A stretch of DNA of 64,000 bases from Podarcis filfolensis (Eukaryota): assembly GCA_964270895.1 (NCBI GenBank), contig OZ185438.1. One strand, written 5' to 3'. A model generated the notes under the pieces. It worked only from the letters and a program-made list of their open reading frames with translations. It was not told where the DNA came from and ran no database searches. The position numbers and the translations under genes are program-made. This document shows positions 43,967 through 57,238 of this stretch, one piece after another. Every line of letters starts with the position of its first letter. Position 1 is the first letter of the stretch.

Positions 43967-44560
43967 CGTTGCCTCGGCGGAAACCGAAACAAGCCGGCCG
44001 GCCGACAAGAGCGGGTCTTCGGCGTCCTTTCCTCGCCCGGCTCGGCTCTCCCTCGCGGGCAACCAGAAGCAGCCGCGATCACAACGCGCCTCTTCGGCCG
44101 CCGAGCGCCGCCGCTGCTGGGGCTGCCGCCACCATTGCTGGGGGCGGACACCGCACCGGAAGCAATCCCAGGACAGCGACGGACCGGAAAGAAACCTCTT
44201 CCGGTAGCCTGCACGGGATCATAGACTTCCTCCCGTCTCTGCAAGAAGCCTTTTTAGTCACCCATTATTAGACTGACAAAAGGTTCCAAGTTTCCGGGTT
44301 CACTCTGAGCTCGATTTTAGCCTCCCAGGGAGGAAGTCAGAAAGAACCGCTCACAGGAAGCGCTGGCGGAAGCCCAAGTTTTAATGTAGCTGCGTTTGGG
44401 CAGCGGTTTGTCCATTAAGAAGCCAACGGTAGTAGCGTTCATTTCAATGAAAGGCGGCGTAGAAATACATTTCATCTTTCTAACATAGCATGACTACCAA
44501 GCCCAAGTGGGAGGTGCCTGCCGTGCCCGAAAGTTGCTTAGCAATAGCCCTATAAGCGCA
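43660..44560. promoter_or_regulatory. CpG island / MED14 promoter
   Basis: GC- and CpG-rich, with no obvious TATA box. Clustered ETS-type motifs: ACCGGAAG at 44155-44162, and CCGGAA/TTCCGG at ~44183, ~44200 and ~44292. Confidence 0.85.
43785..43966 (-). CDS. MED14: MED14 exon 1 (coding part)
   Basis: GCAACG ATG G context; [17 protein letters not shown]...[11 protein letters not shown](L)|gtgagt; 182 nt. Confidence 0.96.
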
Positions 44561-45056
44561 GATCTTTATTGCAGGCTGAAGATGGACTGAGGTCGTTTTA
44601 CGTTTTCCATTCAGAAATGGTATCCATCCCATGCAAAACACTCTCGAGTTACAGTGTTCAGTTAAATTGATTTAAATCGTCGCCCGTTTAAACAAATAAT
44701 TAAACGTGCGATTTTATTTTTATGTTGCGTCATACTGAGTTATTTTAATGTAGGCGACTTTCGCTATTATCCTAATAGGAAAAGCGAGTTATAAACATTA
44801 ACTAAACCGATCTATCACCCAGCGCACACCCAGCACTGCTGCACAAGGAAGCCTTGACTTGCACGGAGATGCATTGTGCATTTAGCTGCAATTCCTTATC
44901 CACTAAATTGGGATGAAGCCCCATTGAATTTTATGGAGCTTCTGAGTAATAATGAAAATAATGACACTGCTTTGTGCTTAAAACTATGGCTTCTACGACT
45001 TCATTTCCCACCCGAAATGAAACTTGAGTAGCAAGAACATAAGCTCCCGTTTTTGC

Positions 45057-45086
45057 TATTATTATTATTATTACTACTACTACTAT
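45057..45086. repeat. (ATT)n(ACT)n compound trinucleotide repeat
   Basis: Directly visible. Confidence 0.85.
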
Positions 45087-48000
45087 TTTACGAGACGGAA
45101 GAAACTCTAATTTTCTTTTGGCAACTCTCATTTCCTCTCCAGGGAGAAAACAGCGCCAACAGGAACCGGAACTTCCTTCTTCAGGCATCTGAATCACGAC
45201 TTTACTCTTCAATCTCGATAGTATAGGCTCTATGGAAAGCAATGGGGCGGCCTGGCGTTACCGGCCTTCGTCTGTCTGAAGCCCTCGCCAGAGAGGGAGG
45301 CGCCGCAGAGTCACAGAGGCCTAAAGCGGGCTGTGCTGCGCGAATTCCTGGCTCAAGAAGAGGTTGCGGCTCCTCCTTTTTTTCTCCTGACAGTTCTTGT
45401 ACCTTCAACAGCTTTCAGAACAGGTTGAAATTCTTCATGCTGACAGGAAGAGAAGCCGCTCCTGCAAATCATGCAACAGTTAAAGACGCTTTGTCAGGGG
45501 GAAAAACCATATATACTGGTACTGTTTAGATTGCCAGGCTCCAGCTGATCACTTCCATTTTACTCCTGAGTATTTCTAGCTTTTTAATGGGCTTGTTCCA
45601 GTATAAAACAAGCCATGTCATCTTGCAGTAACAACTAGACCCCTTCAAAAGCAGAAATATTTTCATAAATTAACACTTTCCATAGTATTTTTTTATTGTG
45701 GAATGTGATTTAGAATTGCTTGTAGTGAGTTGGTGTGGTGTAATAGCAAGCGTGAAATGGAAATCTCTCATCAGCCATGGAGTTCGGAAGTTGCCTTAGG
45801 CAGCTTATTATCCAGCCTCATCAAACTTGGTACCAGGGCAGTGGGCCAGCATAAAGCATTCCATACTGAGGCAATACCACTGAGTAGCTGCTTTCTCCTG
45901 CCACCTCAGCTCAGGTGGCAGGGGGTACACAGAAAAGGGCTTCTGAAAGTAACAATCGGGCAGGTTCATTTGGGAACTGGTAATCCTTCAAAAACTGGAT
46001 CCAAGTACATGTTTTAAATCTTACTTTTTTCATCTGCAGTATTATTATATGTATTAGATTTCTTATCCGCCGTTCACTATAGGATCCCAGGATGTGTTAC
46101 AATGGCAAAAGCAATACAGTTTAAAACAAAACCAACCACTAGTAAAATATTTATCATCATCATATTAATTGACAGTTTCAGATAGGGCTGTTGTTTTGTG
46201 ACCTATTTCAGATTGGTGACAAACTCTTCACTAACAGAGAAAGGTCCCTGAGATACCTCAACAGGTGGTCACACTATGTTTAGGGTATCCAATGACACAG
46301 GTGGGCTGTTCTTCTGACAATCCACTTGTTCTTTCCCTTGGATCCAGAGCTCTATGTCCTAAGCCCTAGGACCCTAAGTTCAGACTCCTCCTGGGGTCCT
46401 AGATTCCTATCCCCTGCTCACTAGAACCTTCTTACAGGCTGGCATCCTCCAGTTCTCTGATCTCCTCCCACTTTTCCTCAACATTCAACCCCACTCCCTA
46501 TACTGAGACTCTTGGTTCCAGCTCCCATCAGACTGAGCCAACATGACCAATGATCAGGAAAGAGGGAATCTAACAATATCTGGTGGACCACAGGTTCCCC
46601 AACCCTGTACTAATTCCTGTAGTTGCTTTTTAAAAGTAAGTAAATAATATAAACAGAAAATATTCAACATTAATATATAAGATTGGCTAAGGGTTTTAGG
46701 CCAAGAAGGGAACTTATTACTTAGAAACTTCTACCTCAGTACCACCTTCATTTGTAAAATTATATTAAAGGTTTAATATAAATTTGTGGATGCAAGAAGT
46801 CAGAAAAATTTCTAGCAATTCTAAGTGTTAGTTCAACATACCATTATATCTATCTATATCTAGAAAGAGAGAGAGATAACCTTATGCTTCCCACTGTAAC
46901 AATCATTTATTATTAAAAGTGTCTCCCTACATAGTTTGTGCAATGCAATTTAGAATTATTTATAAACATTTTAATATCAAAGAAATAACATGTCACAAAT
47001 TTGGGCCCATTAGTGACTGTATTATTCCTAGTATATTCAGTTTGCTGTCACAAACTATTGGTTTGTCAATTGTTAAGTGATTGTTGTATGTACAATAGAG
47101 CATTCTTTACATTAGCAGTAAATTAGTTACCTATTGGTGCCTGTTGAAAATACTGAGAAATTCAGATGCAATTATATTTGAAACGGCAGTTTGAAAAAGA
47201 AAATGTCCCCCTCAGAATAACATTATCATTTGCTGGCAGCTGCTGGTGCTATATAAACAGTATAATACTTCTTATCCAATCATTTCAAAGGCTCCCTCCA
47301 CCAGATTCTAGAAAGAATGGTGCACATTCTGACTCAAGGATAACATTACAATAGGCAGTCTACATATAATGGAACGGGGCAGTGGTGGCAGGAGCAGTTC
47401 ACCATGCTGCAAGGTGGTTTTTGACCAGAGAATATGGGAGTAAAATACAGGCAATAATATATTTCTTCCATTTTTAACTAGCATAAACTTCAGGTCTCCA
47501 TCTTTACAGACAAAACCAGTTTTCAGCTCCTGCCTGGGCTGATAGAGGTGACTCATGTTCCAGCATTACTTTTTAATGGCCCAACCAACAATTGCTACCA
47601 AGCTTATGAAGACCTGCAGAGGAGGACAGAATAGTTAAAAACATAATATTGTAGTCTGAGTGCTGAGATAATGCCATAGCCCCCAAACAAAAATGTTTCA
47701 TTCAAGGAGAAAGAGCTGGATCCTAAGAAACAACTACACTTTTATTGTGCTATAAACATGGTGGGGGTATACTTCCTGCCTCTGACTAACACATATTGAC
47801 ACATATTGTTAATATCAGAAACTACTTATAAAACCTTGTTTTCTGGATTAAGGAAGAGTTCAGCTTTGTGGGGAGTAGATTGCAGAACAGAATTTCCTTT
47901 TTACACAGAAAGTCAATAAAACTTCTTACCAAAAAGGACAATAATATCCTGTTTTTCTTAGTTCATTCCGGAAGAGGCCACATTGCCAAACTTGGGGCCA

Positions 48001-50931
48001 CTTCTAAATGGTGATGCTGTAATAAACAAAAATGATTCTCATGTAGAAACTCCTAAGGATGCAGGACATTTTTGTGCTTGCAGGAGCATCTGGTGCAGGT
48101 GCTAATATGACCTCCACCTGTCTGGGTCCTACAGAGGTTAGTAGGAATAAAACTCGCAAAGATCTGAATTAAACAAACGTTCTTCAACTGAAACCACATT
48201 CACACCAAACAATATACTACAGCAATTGCCCACATAGAACTAAATTTATACGTAATCTATTTAATACAATAACAATGGAACAAATAGTTCCTCTCTCCAC
48301 AGAACGAGAAAAAATACTGCATGGAAAACCAACTTGTCCAACCATTTAATCTAGTTCACCAAGGTGCTGAACACTTCGAAACTTACTCCATGCATACAGC
48401 TTTTGTCCCAAAGTGACAGGACAACAATAGAAAATGGCAATGTTTAAAACACCAAATCTTGAAGGACGCATACCTTATACAAGGTGGTAAGAGACCGGAA
48501 ATATTATTGAACTTCCAGCAGAACAAACTGACTCTGTGTACACATTACCATTTATTCCAGCTCCAGTGCACTCTCACTACTGATGTTTGAAGCCAAGTAG
48601 ACGTGACATTAGCCACAATCCATAAACATAATGCAGTTTCTTGAGAAATATTTCTGATAGATGTGCTTTCCCTCAAATCAATTTCTATCTTATTTGAAAA
48701 GCTATGGCCATTTGTAAGCCATGGTTAAGCTGAAGTATGTACATTTCCTACATCTGTTGCTCATGCACAGATGACAAATTCCCTGAATAAAAGTTCAGGG
48801 GGTTCACAAGACTTGAAAGACAGCTTGGAGAAACAACCTTACTGCACTGTAAGCCTCTCTCCATCTTCACCTATACTGGCCTAAATCAGCCCATTAACTA
48901 GTATGGAAGCAATCCACTCCATCAGGAGTTCCCATGTGATAAGCAGTTCTACACATTATAGCAGTATAAGGAAGTCTGCACAATACCACTGAATTTTCAC
49001 TTTAAATTGTATAAGTCCCTACACACAGTAAGTTTGATTTAACTTCCTATCTCAAACATGTTTCTAATTAACCACATAAGAAGGTACTATAATAGTTGTT
49101 ATAAACTAGGTACCGGTATTTTGGAAGTAATGTCTGTGTCCTAGGAGGAGTGCCTGTATTTGCGCGAAATATTTAATTCTGATATATCCAGTAGCAGGAG
49201 ACAGATTGTGCTGTAAATACTCTGTCTTGTGACCTTGGCCAAGTTAGAAAGGAAACTGATAAGATTTAACTGCTGCTGACCAAATTCACCCCCTTCGACC
49301 AGCCCACAGTCTAGAGAAGCCGATGCACTTGGATTTAAATTGTTTGGCACCTAAGTCCTAATAGCATTTACTTGGTATTAAGATGCATTGATTTCGGTAG
49401 AACATATTGCCAAATAAGCATGCTTATCTGTGAATAATAAAGGCAGTTGATGATGATATCTATACTGCCCTTTATCTGAGCATTACAGGGCGGTTTTCAG
49501 ATTCTGCTATGTTAGTCTTATAAATGAATTACATTGGATTAACTGGGTTATAGAGAGGAGATGTGAATATGGAGATCTTGTAATAGAGCTTCGGCTGTTG
49601 ATGCCTGTCAGTCAAGCGGCTGTTAAAGCAGTGATGTTGTTGGACTAGAACCCCCATGCTGATTGGGGCTGGTGGTTGAGTCTAACAAAATACAGAAGAC
49701 ACAAATTCCCTATGAAGCCTTTGCCTATCAAAAAATAAAATGTGCAACTTTCTAATGTGGGGAAAGTGCTGGTGCATGCATTGCCAAATACACTATACTG
49801 TATGTTTGTTTTATGCGCTGCTCCATATGAAATGGACATGCCATGCTGTTGTGTAATATATGCTATTGCATGTGTTTTTCCGTGGCATATTGCTGCATGT
49901 TTCCACATGTTTGTGCGCTACATGTCTCTCTGTGTGTATGAGACAGTGTGACAGAGGGAATTCAACTGACATAACACTTGATTTGCAGCCACAGACTTTG
50001 TTCACTTCCTCTTATCTGCTAAGCAGCCTTTGAGATCTCTGCAATGTTTGCAGTCTGTGATAACAGTGGCCTACATGCCAGGATTGCTGTAGGCACACTT
50101 TTTCGTCTTTATTCCCACCCTTTTGGGGCACTAACACTGCCAAGTATATTTTTTGAACCACTGGACAAACTATAAAGATAATAACCCAAACAGCATTAAT
50201 TTAGAGACAATTATTTAAAAATGGCTGCTTTACAGTGTTGATGTAAAGATAACTTAGATAATATACTTGAAATGCTTTTAAGACCTTCAAATGCAATATA
50301 CTCGCAAAGTTGCAGAGCCATGCTGAAATTAATTTTTGCTTCCCCACCCTGCAATCAATAGATTTCTCTTAACATGAATATCCTAGAATATTCAGGTCCT
50401 TGACTTTACAAGTTAAAGACTACTCTGGGTTCCTTCACACTAGCATTTTACTGACACTTCTGTTCCTAGCATTTTGTGAGGCACCAGGTTTTTAATCTTT
50501 TTTCTCCAATTTGCAGTTGGGGGGAGGCAACTGTTTTATACACTTATTTACAGCATTTATCTAATTCAAAACTGCTGAAAGTGAAGCATAAACTAAAAGC
50601 ATTGTAATTAAAATACAGGCAACTCCCCAATTTGTGTGGAGGTTGCTTTCCGTGTCATTGCACAAGTCAGGAGAGCACGCATAAGCCTTCCCTTCCCCAT
50701 TAGGAGCCTCTCCTGGATCGTGTGCACAGTTGTGAGTTCAAAGGACGTGTGCAAAATGGTCGTCCCCTGTATTGATAACAATATTATACCATGGTTGCAG
50801 TTGGAGACCCAGATCTGTAGAGATGCCCCTTCCTTTCATAAGGATGATCACAGGCTGGTAATCAGGCATGTATGTGGTCGGGTTCAAAACTTTTCAACAT
50901 TAAGAGCTGCTTTTAATCACTTACATTTTTT

Positions 50932-51068
50932 CAGTGATTTTTTTCTTAAAAAATGTTTAGGGGTACTCTTATTTTCCTACTCATATTGAAATACTGCCCC
51001 TCAATGAAGCTAAACCTAGATTCACAAAATGTTTAGGGGTATGCGTCCCCACAGGAAAAAAAGCACTA
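50932..51068. mobile_element. hAT-type MITE
   Basis: CAGTGATTTTTTT ... AAAAAAAGCACTA termini. A paralog lies 550 bp downstream. Confidence 0.7.
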
Positions 51069-51477
51069 TTTTTTGCAGAAATTTCTAGAAGCGACTGAAA
51101 ATGCTACCTTTGGGTGCTTTGCCACCTGATCAGCTTTTTATCAACCATTTTTACTTGCTCAGGTTTCACAGAGCTAGTGATTTTCTTGTGACTCATTCAT
51201 CTCACACACTCAACATTCTCTTCCGCTCTTTTCCTGTGGGCACAAATAATTCAAGTGTCTGAAAGATACCTGCAGTAATTCTATTGTGGACTTCTAGGCA
51301 CCTCCATTTGCAGCACTTACATACCTTTATCCCAACAAAATAGAATAGAATTGCAGCTTCTATACTGAAATGGCCGCAACACAATAGCAAGATGTCCCGT
51401 ATTTGCTCTGAACTCCAGAGTGAGCTTGTCAACTATGGACACTTTTACAAACCTTTTGTAATCATTTTTGTAAAAGT

Positions 51478-51624
51478 CACTGCTTAAAAAAAAAAAAAAT
51501 GTTTAGGGGTACTCTCATTTTCCTACTCATCTTGAAATACTGCCCCTCAATGAGGCGAAACTTAGATTCACAAAATGTTTAGGGGTATGCGTACCCCTGC
51601 ATCCCCCCCAGAAAAAAAGCACTG
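51478..51624. mobile_element. hAT-type MITE with 8-bp TSD
   Basis: Same internal sequence as the 50932 copy. TSD GTAAAAGT at 51470-51477 and 51625-51632. Confidence 0.82.
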
Positions 51625-52787
51625 GTAAAAGTTGTTATTTCTTTTTTTTTTGTAAATACTGTAGATTTCCTCCTACTGTTTCCTTCCCTACATGATCCGT
51701 CATTTGGTGTAAATACAGAACTGTTTCATTTTATTTTAAAAACATTATAATTCACACACTTTAAGTAATAAGAGTTCTTAAAAATTAATAAATATTTGAA
51801 TTGAAAGAGTGTTCATTTCAAGCACAGACCAATTCTTTCTGCAAGCTTCTATGTATACATTTTAGTCATAAAATTAAAATTAGGAGAGCATGGAAAAATT
51901 GTTATTTTACATGCTGATGCATGAAAGATATTTAGACAATTTCTTTTGTTTATATTTGCATCAAACATCTATACAGCCACAATGGGAAAATATTGTAATT
52001 TATTTATTGTTTAAAAAGGAAATTGTTAAAGCAAATAGGTAAAATATAATTTATTTCATAGAAGGTGGCATTGAGATATGAACTGCTTCTTTCAGAACTG
52101 AAAAAACCTGAGGCTGGAAGAACCCATCACATTCACCACTAAATGACTAGTGCATAATATCTTGCCACAAAGCAAATTTACCTCTAAGAGATATTTGTAT
52201 AATTCATATTACTATGGTAACCAAATGCCTTCCAAAGCATACATATTATATACCAAAGGGATTTGCTATTCTCCTTTTTTCCTTTCATACCTGAGGGTAG
52301 CAATTTTATGTATATTGTTAGGAATTTGACTTTTGCTGTTAATGCATCTATCACTTTGGTTTTTCATAAAGTGTTCCTTAAAAGGGGCCAAAGAATAAAT
52401 AAAAGAATATTAAGATTTTTTTAGAGTGGAACTTTGAAATGCAAGTGTCATCAAAGTTTGGGAAGGCGACACTTGTTCAACAGAAACAGTCTGGATCCAG
52501 TTTGCAGGTTGAATTAAGGGGGTGGGGTGGAGAGAGAGAGAGAAAGAGGAGGGAATTGTGATTGGGGGGAGACAAAGTACCTTTGGGTGCAATAGCTCTC
52601 ACTGGAAATCTGATGCAGAGTAAGTGGGAATGCTGCCTGTTATAGGAGTGTTCTCTCCAAAGGAAACTAAAGCTTCGCTTGAACTGTTCACCCCTTGAGG
52701 AAGTGGAGAACATGTCACAGTTGTGGGATGGATTGACTCATTCATTGGGTTATTAAAATTATTTGTTTAGTTGCATATAACCTAGAA

Positions 52788-52790
<3 letters not shown>

Positions 52791-52862
<72 letters not shown>
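52791..52862. repeat. Compound (TC)19-(AC)16 microsatellite
   Basis: Directly visible. Confidence 0.95.
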
Positions 52863-52866
<4 letters not shown>

Positions 52867-53349
52867 GCACTGGCTCCAGGGGGCTGAGGCACTGTGTCAC
52901 CCCCCATGCTTTTTTTAGGGGAGGCCATTGTTAGAACTGGGCACAGAACAATGTCAAGATGTTGTGTCGGGCCACCCCAATGTGTTTCAGAAGATGGCAC
53001 CTCTGATCCACAGTCATTGGCCTTGCTGTTGCATCCTCTACCAGTCCATTCTCCTGCCCTCCACCTGCTGGAGCTTCAAATCTCCTCTAGGCATGTAGGT
53101 TCTTTGTGAGATGGAGAAATGTGATTGTGCAGGTTTCTAAATTGCATGGGAAGTCCAGTTGCATAGAGCAGGCTCCTCACTTCAGGACAGCAGCCCCAGT
53201 GCACAGGAACTGGCTGATAGGGGATGTAATGGGGGGCAGCCAGGTTGATCCTATTTTCCCCATCATGTGATGGTAATAATGTGAGTGGCAAATGAGTGAG
53301 TAGCCTACATCTGTCCCTCAAAATAAGGTATATGAAATATACCCTAAAT

Positions 53350-53485
53350 CAGGGCCTTTTTTCAGCAGGAACTCACCAGAACTTAGTTTCAGCACCTCTC
53401 AGGTAGTCACCGTTGCCATTCTAACAGAATGAGAAAGGCGGTCGTGGTGAGTTCTGGTACCTCTTTTTCTATAAAAATAGTACTG
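53350..53485. mobile_element. hAT-type MITE
   Basis: CAGGGCCTTTTTT ... AAAAATAGTACTG termini. 8-bp TSD CCCTAAAT/GCCTAAAT (7 of 8 match). Confidence 0.72.
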
Positions 53486-54938
53486 GCCTAAATGCCTAAG
53501 GTATTGATGATATATATGCTTTTAATTGCCACTATCCCTTAATTCATTGGAAATTTCTGGCAAGTTGATTTTTGAACAGTTGCCAACGCAACTATTTTGC
53601 GCATCTGAGGGCCAAACCAGATGTGACAGTGACGGGCAAGTGTTTTCCTCTTACATGGCTTCCCATTCCACATATACTTCACACCCACCCTATACATTTA
53701 AAGCACAATTAGAACACATTTGACTCCCCCTCCCATGGAATCCTGGGAACCATAGTTTGTTAAGAGCGCTGGGAATTATAGCTCCATGAGGTGAAAACTA
53801 CAGTTCTTAGGATTGTTTGGGGAGAGCCATGCGGTTTGAAGGTGGATGTGTGGTTTTACTTAAAACAGAAAAGGACGGCATGTGGTGAGGGGTGCTGAAC
53901 ACTGAGCTCTCCCATGCCTTTCCTCTCTTCAGACTTTTATTTGTGCCTGATTCACTTCTGGCATTAGAGCTAGAAGGAGAGAACATTGGCCCTAGAGCAA
54001 ATGGGTCGGAAGTGAGTGAGGCAGACCTTTTGTATGTGCTCATTTTACCGTTCAAGAGACCCAGCTCCATTCCCCACATTCTGAGGGTGGTAGTGGTTTT
54101 CATCAAATCTAATTTCACCCTGAGAGTGAATAACTTGCCCAGGGCCTCCCAAGTATTCAGACAAGGCCTCACAAGTATGTAGAGCGTGGCCAGCTCTGCA
54201 GAGCAAAATAATTTTCCACACTGTATAAGTTATTTCTCAGTGTTCCAAGTACAATAAGCTTTTGGACTGTCATGGAGCTGCAAGCATGTAACTCTGTGGA
54301 GAGCTGTCTTGCTCCAGCTGTATTTTCCCTGTGAGCTAAGCATTCAGAAACATGAGTCACTACAGAGCAGTGAAACGAAATGGGAGCTACTGAATAGAAG
54401 CAGTCTTCAGGATCATTATATGGATCCTTTGCTTGAGACTCCCACAATCCCTTCATTAACATCTGTGATTGAGAAAAACATCCAGCAAGATTCCTGAGGC
54501 AATGTACTGTGACCAGTTTTTGCAGTCTTAATCTAAAAAGAAGCTTTGTTTCCAAGAATGGAGGGAACATTACGAGGCATTTTCTCAATAAAGATGGTTC
54601 GCAGCATAGCCTGATTTTTGGATGGGAGCCTTCCAAATGTTGCTATTAGAACAAAAACAAAACCCACAAAACCATTTCAATTGCTATGTGCATTTCTGGA
54701 TTTCCACCAAAAAGGGGGGGGGGTTCCTCTCGGCAGTAGAAAACAATTTATCCCAAAATAGTACAGCTTAAAGCATGAGTGGGACTAATATTTTAAAATA
54801 TGTGCAACGTGCAATTAAAATGAAAATACTCATGATGTGTGCATCAAAGTAGGTAGTTTCTTTTCTTCTCACCCTCAAGTCAGATACTCATCAAGCAAAT
54901 ACAAATGTGTGTTTGGCTTGCCTATGGAAGGGGAATTA

Positions 54939-55164
54939 CAGTGGTACCTCGGGTTACATACGCTTCAGGTTACAGACTCCGCTAACCGAGAAATAGTACC
55001 ATGGGGTAAGAACTTTGCTTCAGGATGAGAACAGAAATTGCGCGGCGGCGGTGCGGCAGCAGCGGGAGGCCTCATTAGCTAAAGTGGTGCTTCAGGTTAA
55101 GAACAGTTTCAGGTTAAGAACGGACCTCCAGAACAAATTCAGTACGTAACCAGAGGTACCACTG
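54939..55164. mobile_element. Tc1/mariner (Tigger-like) MITE
   Basis: TA|CAGTGGTACCTCGGGTTAC ... GAGGTACCACTG|TA. Same family as the 2244 element. Confidence 0.87.
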
Positions 55165-55644
55165 TAGTCTTCAGAATATTCCTCTTGTGACATTTATTGA
55201 CTGCACTTCCATAACTCTTTCCTCTCATGCATTTAATTCTCACACCAACTCTATTTATCAGATTTATCAGACACTCTGTAGGCTCTTCAGTGGAGTACTA
55301 AAGGATCACATCACACTCTCTATCCAAGTTTCTTTCTTGTACTAGGAAAGTTCCGTTATGCTATGTTCATCTCTTCTTCTGCTTACAGTTACAGTACATG
55401 CCTTTGTGTGAGAAAAATGAGAGCCAACTTCCAATGTTTTAGAACATAAGCAATATATGCATGTACAAACAGCTGAATATTTTGTAACTGTTTTTTATTG
55501 GTGTCCATCTTCCTATCTCTATAAAGGTAATTGAAAGGAAGTTTAGGGTACATACACTGTTTTGTCTCTTTAAGCAGGCAGCAACTCTACTCATTCCTCA
55601 GGCGGGGGGGGGGGGGGTTGCATAAGCAACAAGGGACCTAACTA

Positions 55645-56010
55645 GCTTTGATAAATGGTTTTTGAACTCTGATGGAGCAGGTAAAGGCACAGTATCCTCT
55701 TTTTATAAGATGTTATTGGGAATTGATAGATTTGAAGCTCAAGCAATGAGATTGGGAAATTAAATTGTAGATTTAGGTAGACAAAGAGGACCAGCTGATG
55801 GGTTGTGGACTCTTTAAGTCAATATTGACACAAACCAGGGAACTGTCTTTAAAGCTTTTGTATGGCTGGTATCTAACACACCTACCATCATATCTGGTGG
55901 GACTGCATGGAGATTCAAATCTTCCAGTATGTGTGTGTGAGTTTTTGAAGAAATCTCTAGGATTACAAAGCAAAATGTCCCAGCATCTTCAACGCTGGCC
56001 TTATTATGTT
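55645..56010 (+). mobile_element. Degenerate L1/Tx1-clade LINE ORF2 C-terminal (zf-RVT-like) fragment
   Basis: Broken translations KGTVSSFYKMLL, RELSLKLLYGWYLT and TYHHIWWDCMEIQIF resemble the ...YRWYLTP...HMWWxC motifs of non-mammalian L1 ORF2. Confidence 0.6.
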
Positions 56011-56963
56011 TGTTTGATGGATGGAAGCTGTATAAGAGAAACACCTTGCTGTTGTGTGCTTCGAATGTAGCCTACTTATAAAGGTAAGAACTATCTCCAA
56101 TGCCTCTGGTCCCAGTCGCCACTGGCATGTGGCCCCCAGAAGGCTCTTAATTTGGGAATGTGGCCCTACCCCTGCCATAGATAGATAGCAATGTAAAGGT
56201 GGGCCTGGAATACAAGTTTCTCAGAGGCCAGGTCTACCCCAACCTCACCACTGCTCCATCACCAGTTCTACCAGCTGTGACAGATCTACTCACTGAAGCT
56301 AACTACGTTTTATTTTGTTTGCCTACCTACCCTGTAAAAATTAATGTAGATGCTCCTGACCACAGGCCCCCGAACCCTGCTCTATAAACTGGGTGGTTCC
56401 TTTTCTTTTCTGTTCTCTTTTTAGAAAGTGTGAGCATTGTCAGGCATATTTTAATCATTTTTTGGGGAGTCTGCAGTCACCCACAAATTTGTAACAATAT
56501 GTTTAAAACACAAGCTCATCTGATAGCTCTTCATACTTCATTTATATTGCAAAGTGGAAAGTTTTGTTTAGGTTTGGCACTTCCTTTGGGAGGAGTGAGG
56601 ACCGAGGGTGACTTTGCAGACATCTGTTTATTTACAGTATATAAACGGAGGAAGACGTTATAAGAATGCAACAGGAGGAAACAAGCAGGCACTGCTAATT
56701 CCACAACAATATTTAGTGTAGGCTAAGTATCAGCAAGATGGATCAAGATGGATTAAAAGGTGCTTTATGCACCTGAAACAAAAATTTGATGATTGACAAA
56801 AGCAAATTTATTCAGGTGTCTTGCAATCATGAGCTGAAGGTGTCATGCGATGGTAAATTCACAAACTTCCCTGGACAGTCTGTTTTAGCAGTTAATCATC
56901 TCCATCACTGAAACAAAGTGTCTTTGTGTTTTAAATTTGTTCAGCATTACCCACAGTATGGAT

Positions 56964-57238
56964 ACTATCATTTAACGTGCACAGTCTTGTACCTTCATTA
57001 ATTTTCCATTATTATCAATCTGATGATCTCCACCAAATAACCCCCTTCCCACACTTTCCTCCTCCTCAGTCCGGATATTCTCATTTCCTCTCCTTTTTGC
57101 AGTATCCCTCATATGAGAAAGTCCTGACTGTGGGAGAGGATAGTGTGGGAAGATGGTGGTTTGGAAGAGAACATCATATGGACAACAGAGAATTAGTGGA
57201 GGTACAGGAAGCTTATTATCCACATTAAACGACAATGT
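56964..57238. repeat. Long imperfect inverted repeat (fold-back element)
   Basis: Arms at ~56964-57084 and 57113-57238 around a 28-nt loop. For example, CTTCCCACACT pairs with AGTGTGGGAAG and GTACCT pairs with AGGTAC. Confidence 0.8.

Noticed and set aside
43661-44271. Overlapping 100-187 aa ORFs around MED14 exon 1, and the in-frame TTG-started N-terminal extension (44062)
   Set aside because: These are GC-island artefacts or antisense shadows of exon 1. The extension starts at TTG in unremarkable context, while the ATG at 43966 matches the known N-terminus.
50630-50900. Minus-strand frame ending ...AYACSPDLCNDT, reminiscent of a Ly6/three-finger-domain C-terminus
   Set aside because: There is an in-frame stop upstream, the other required cysteines are missing, and I found no convincing splice sites. 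Most likely chance.
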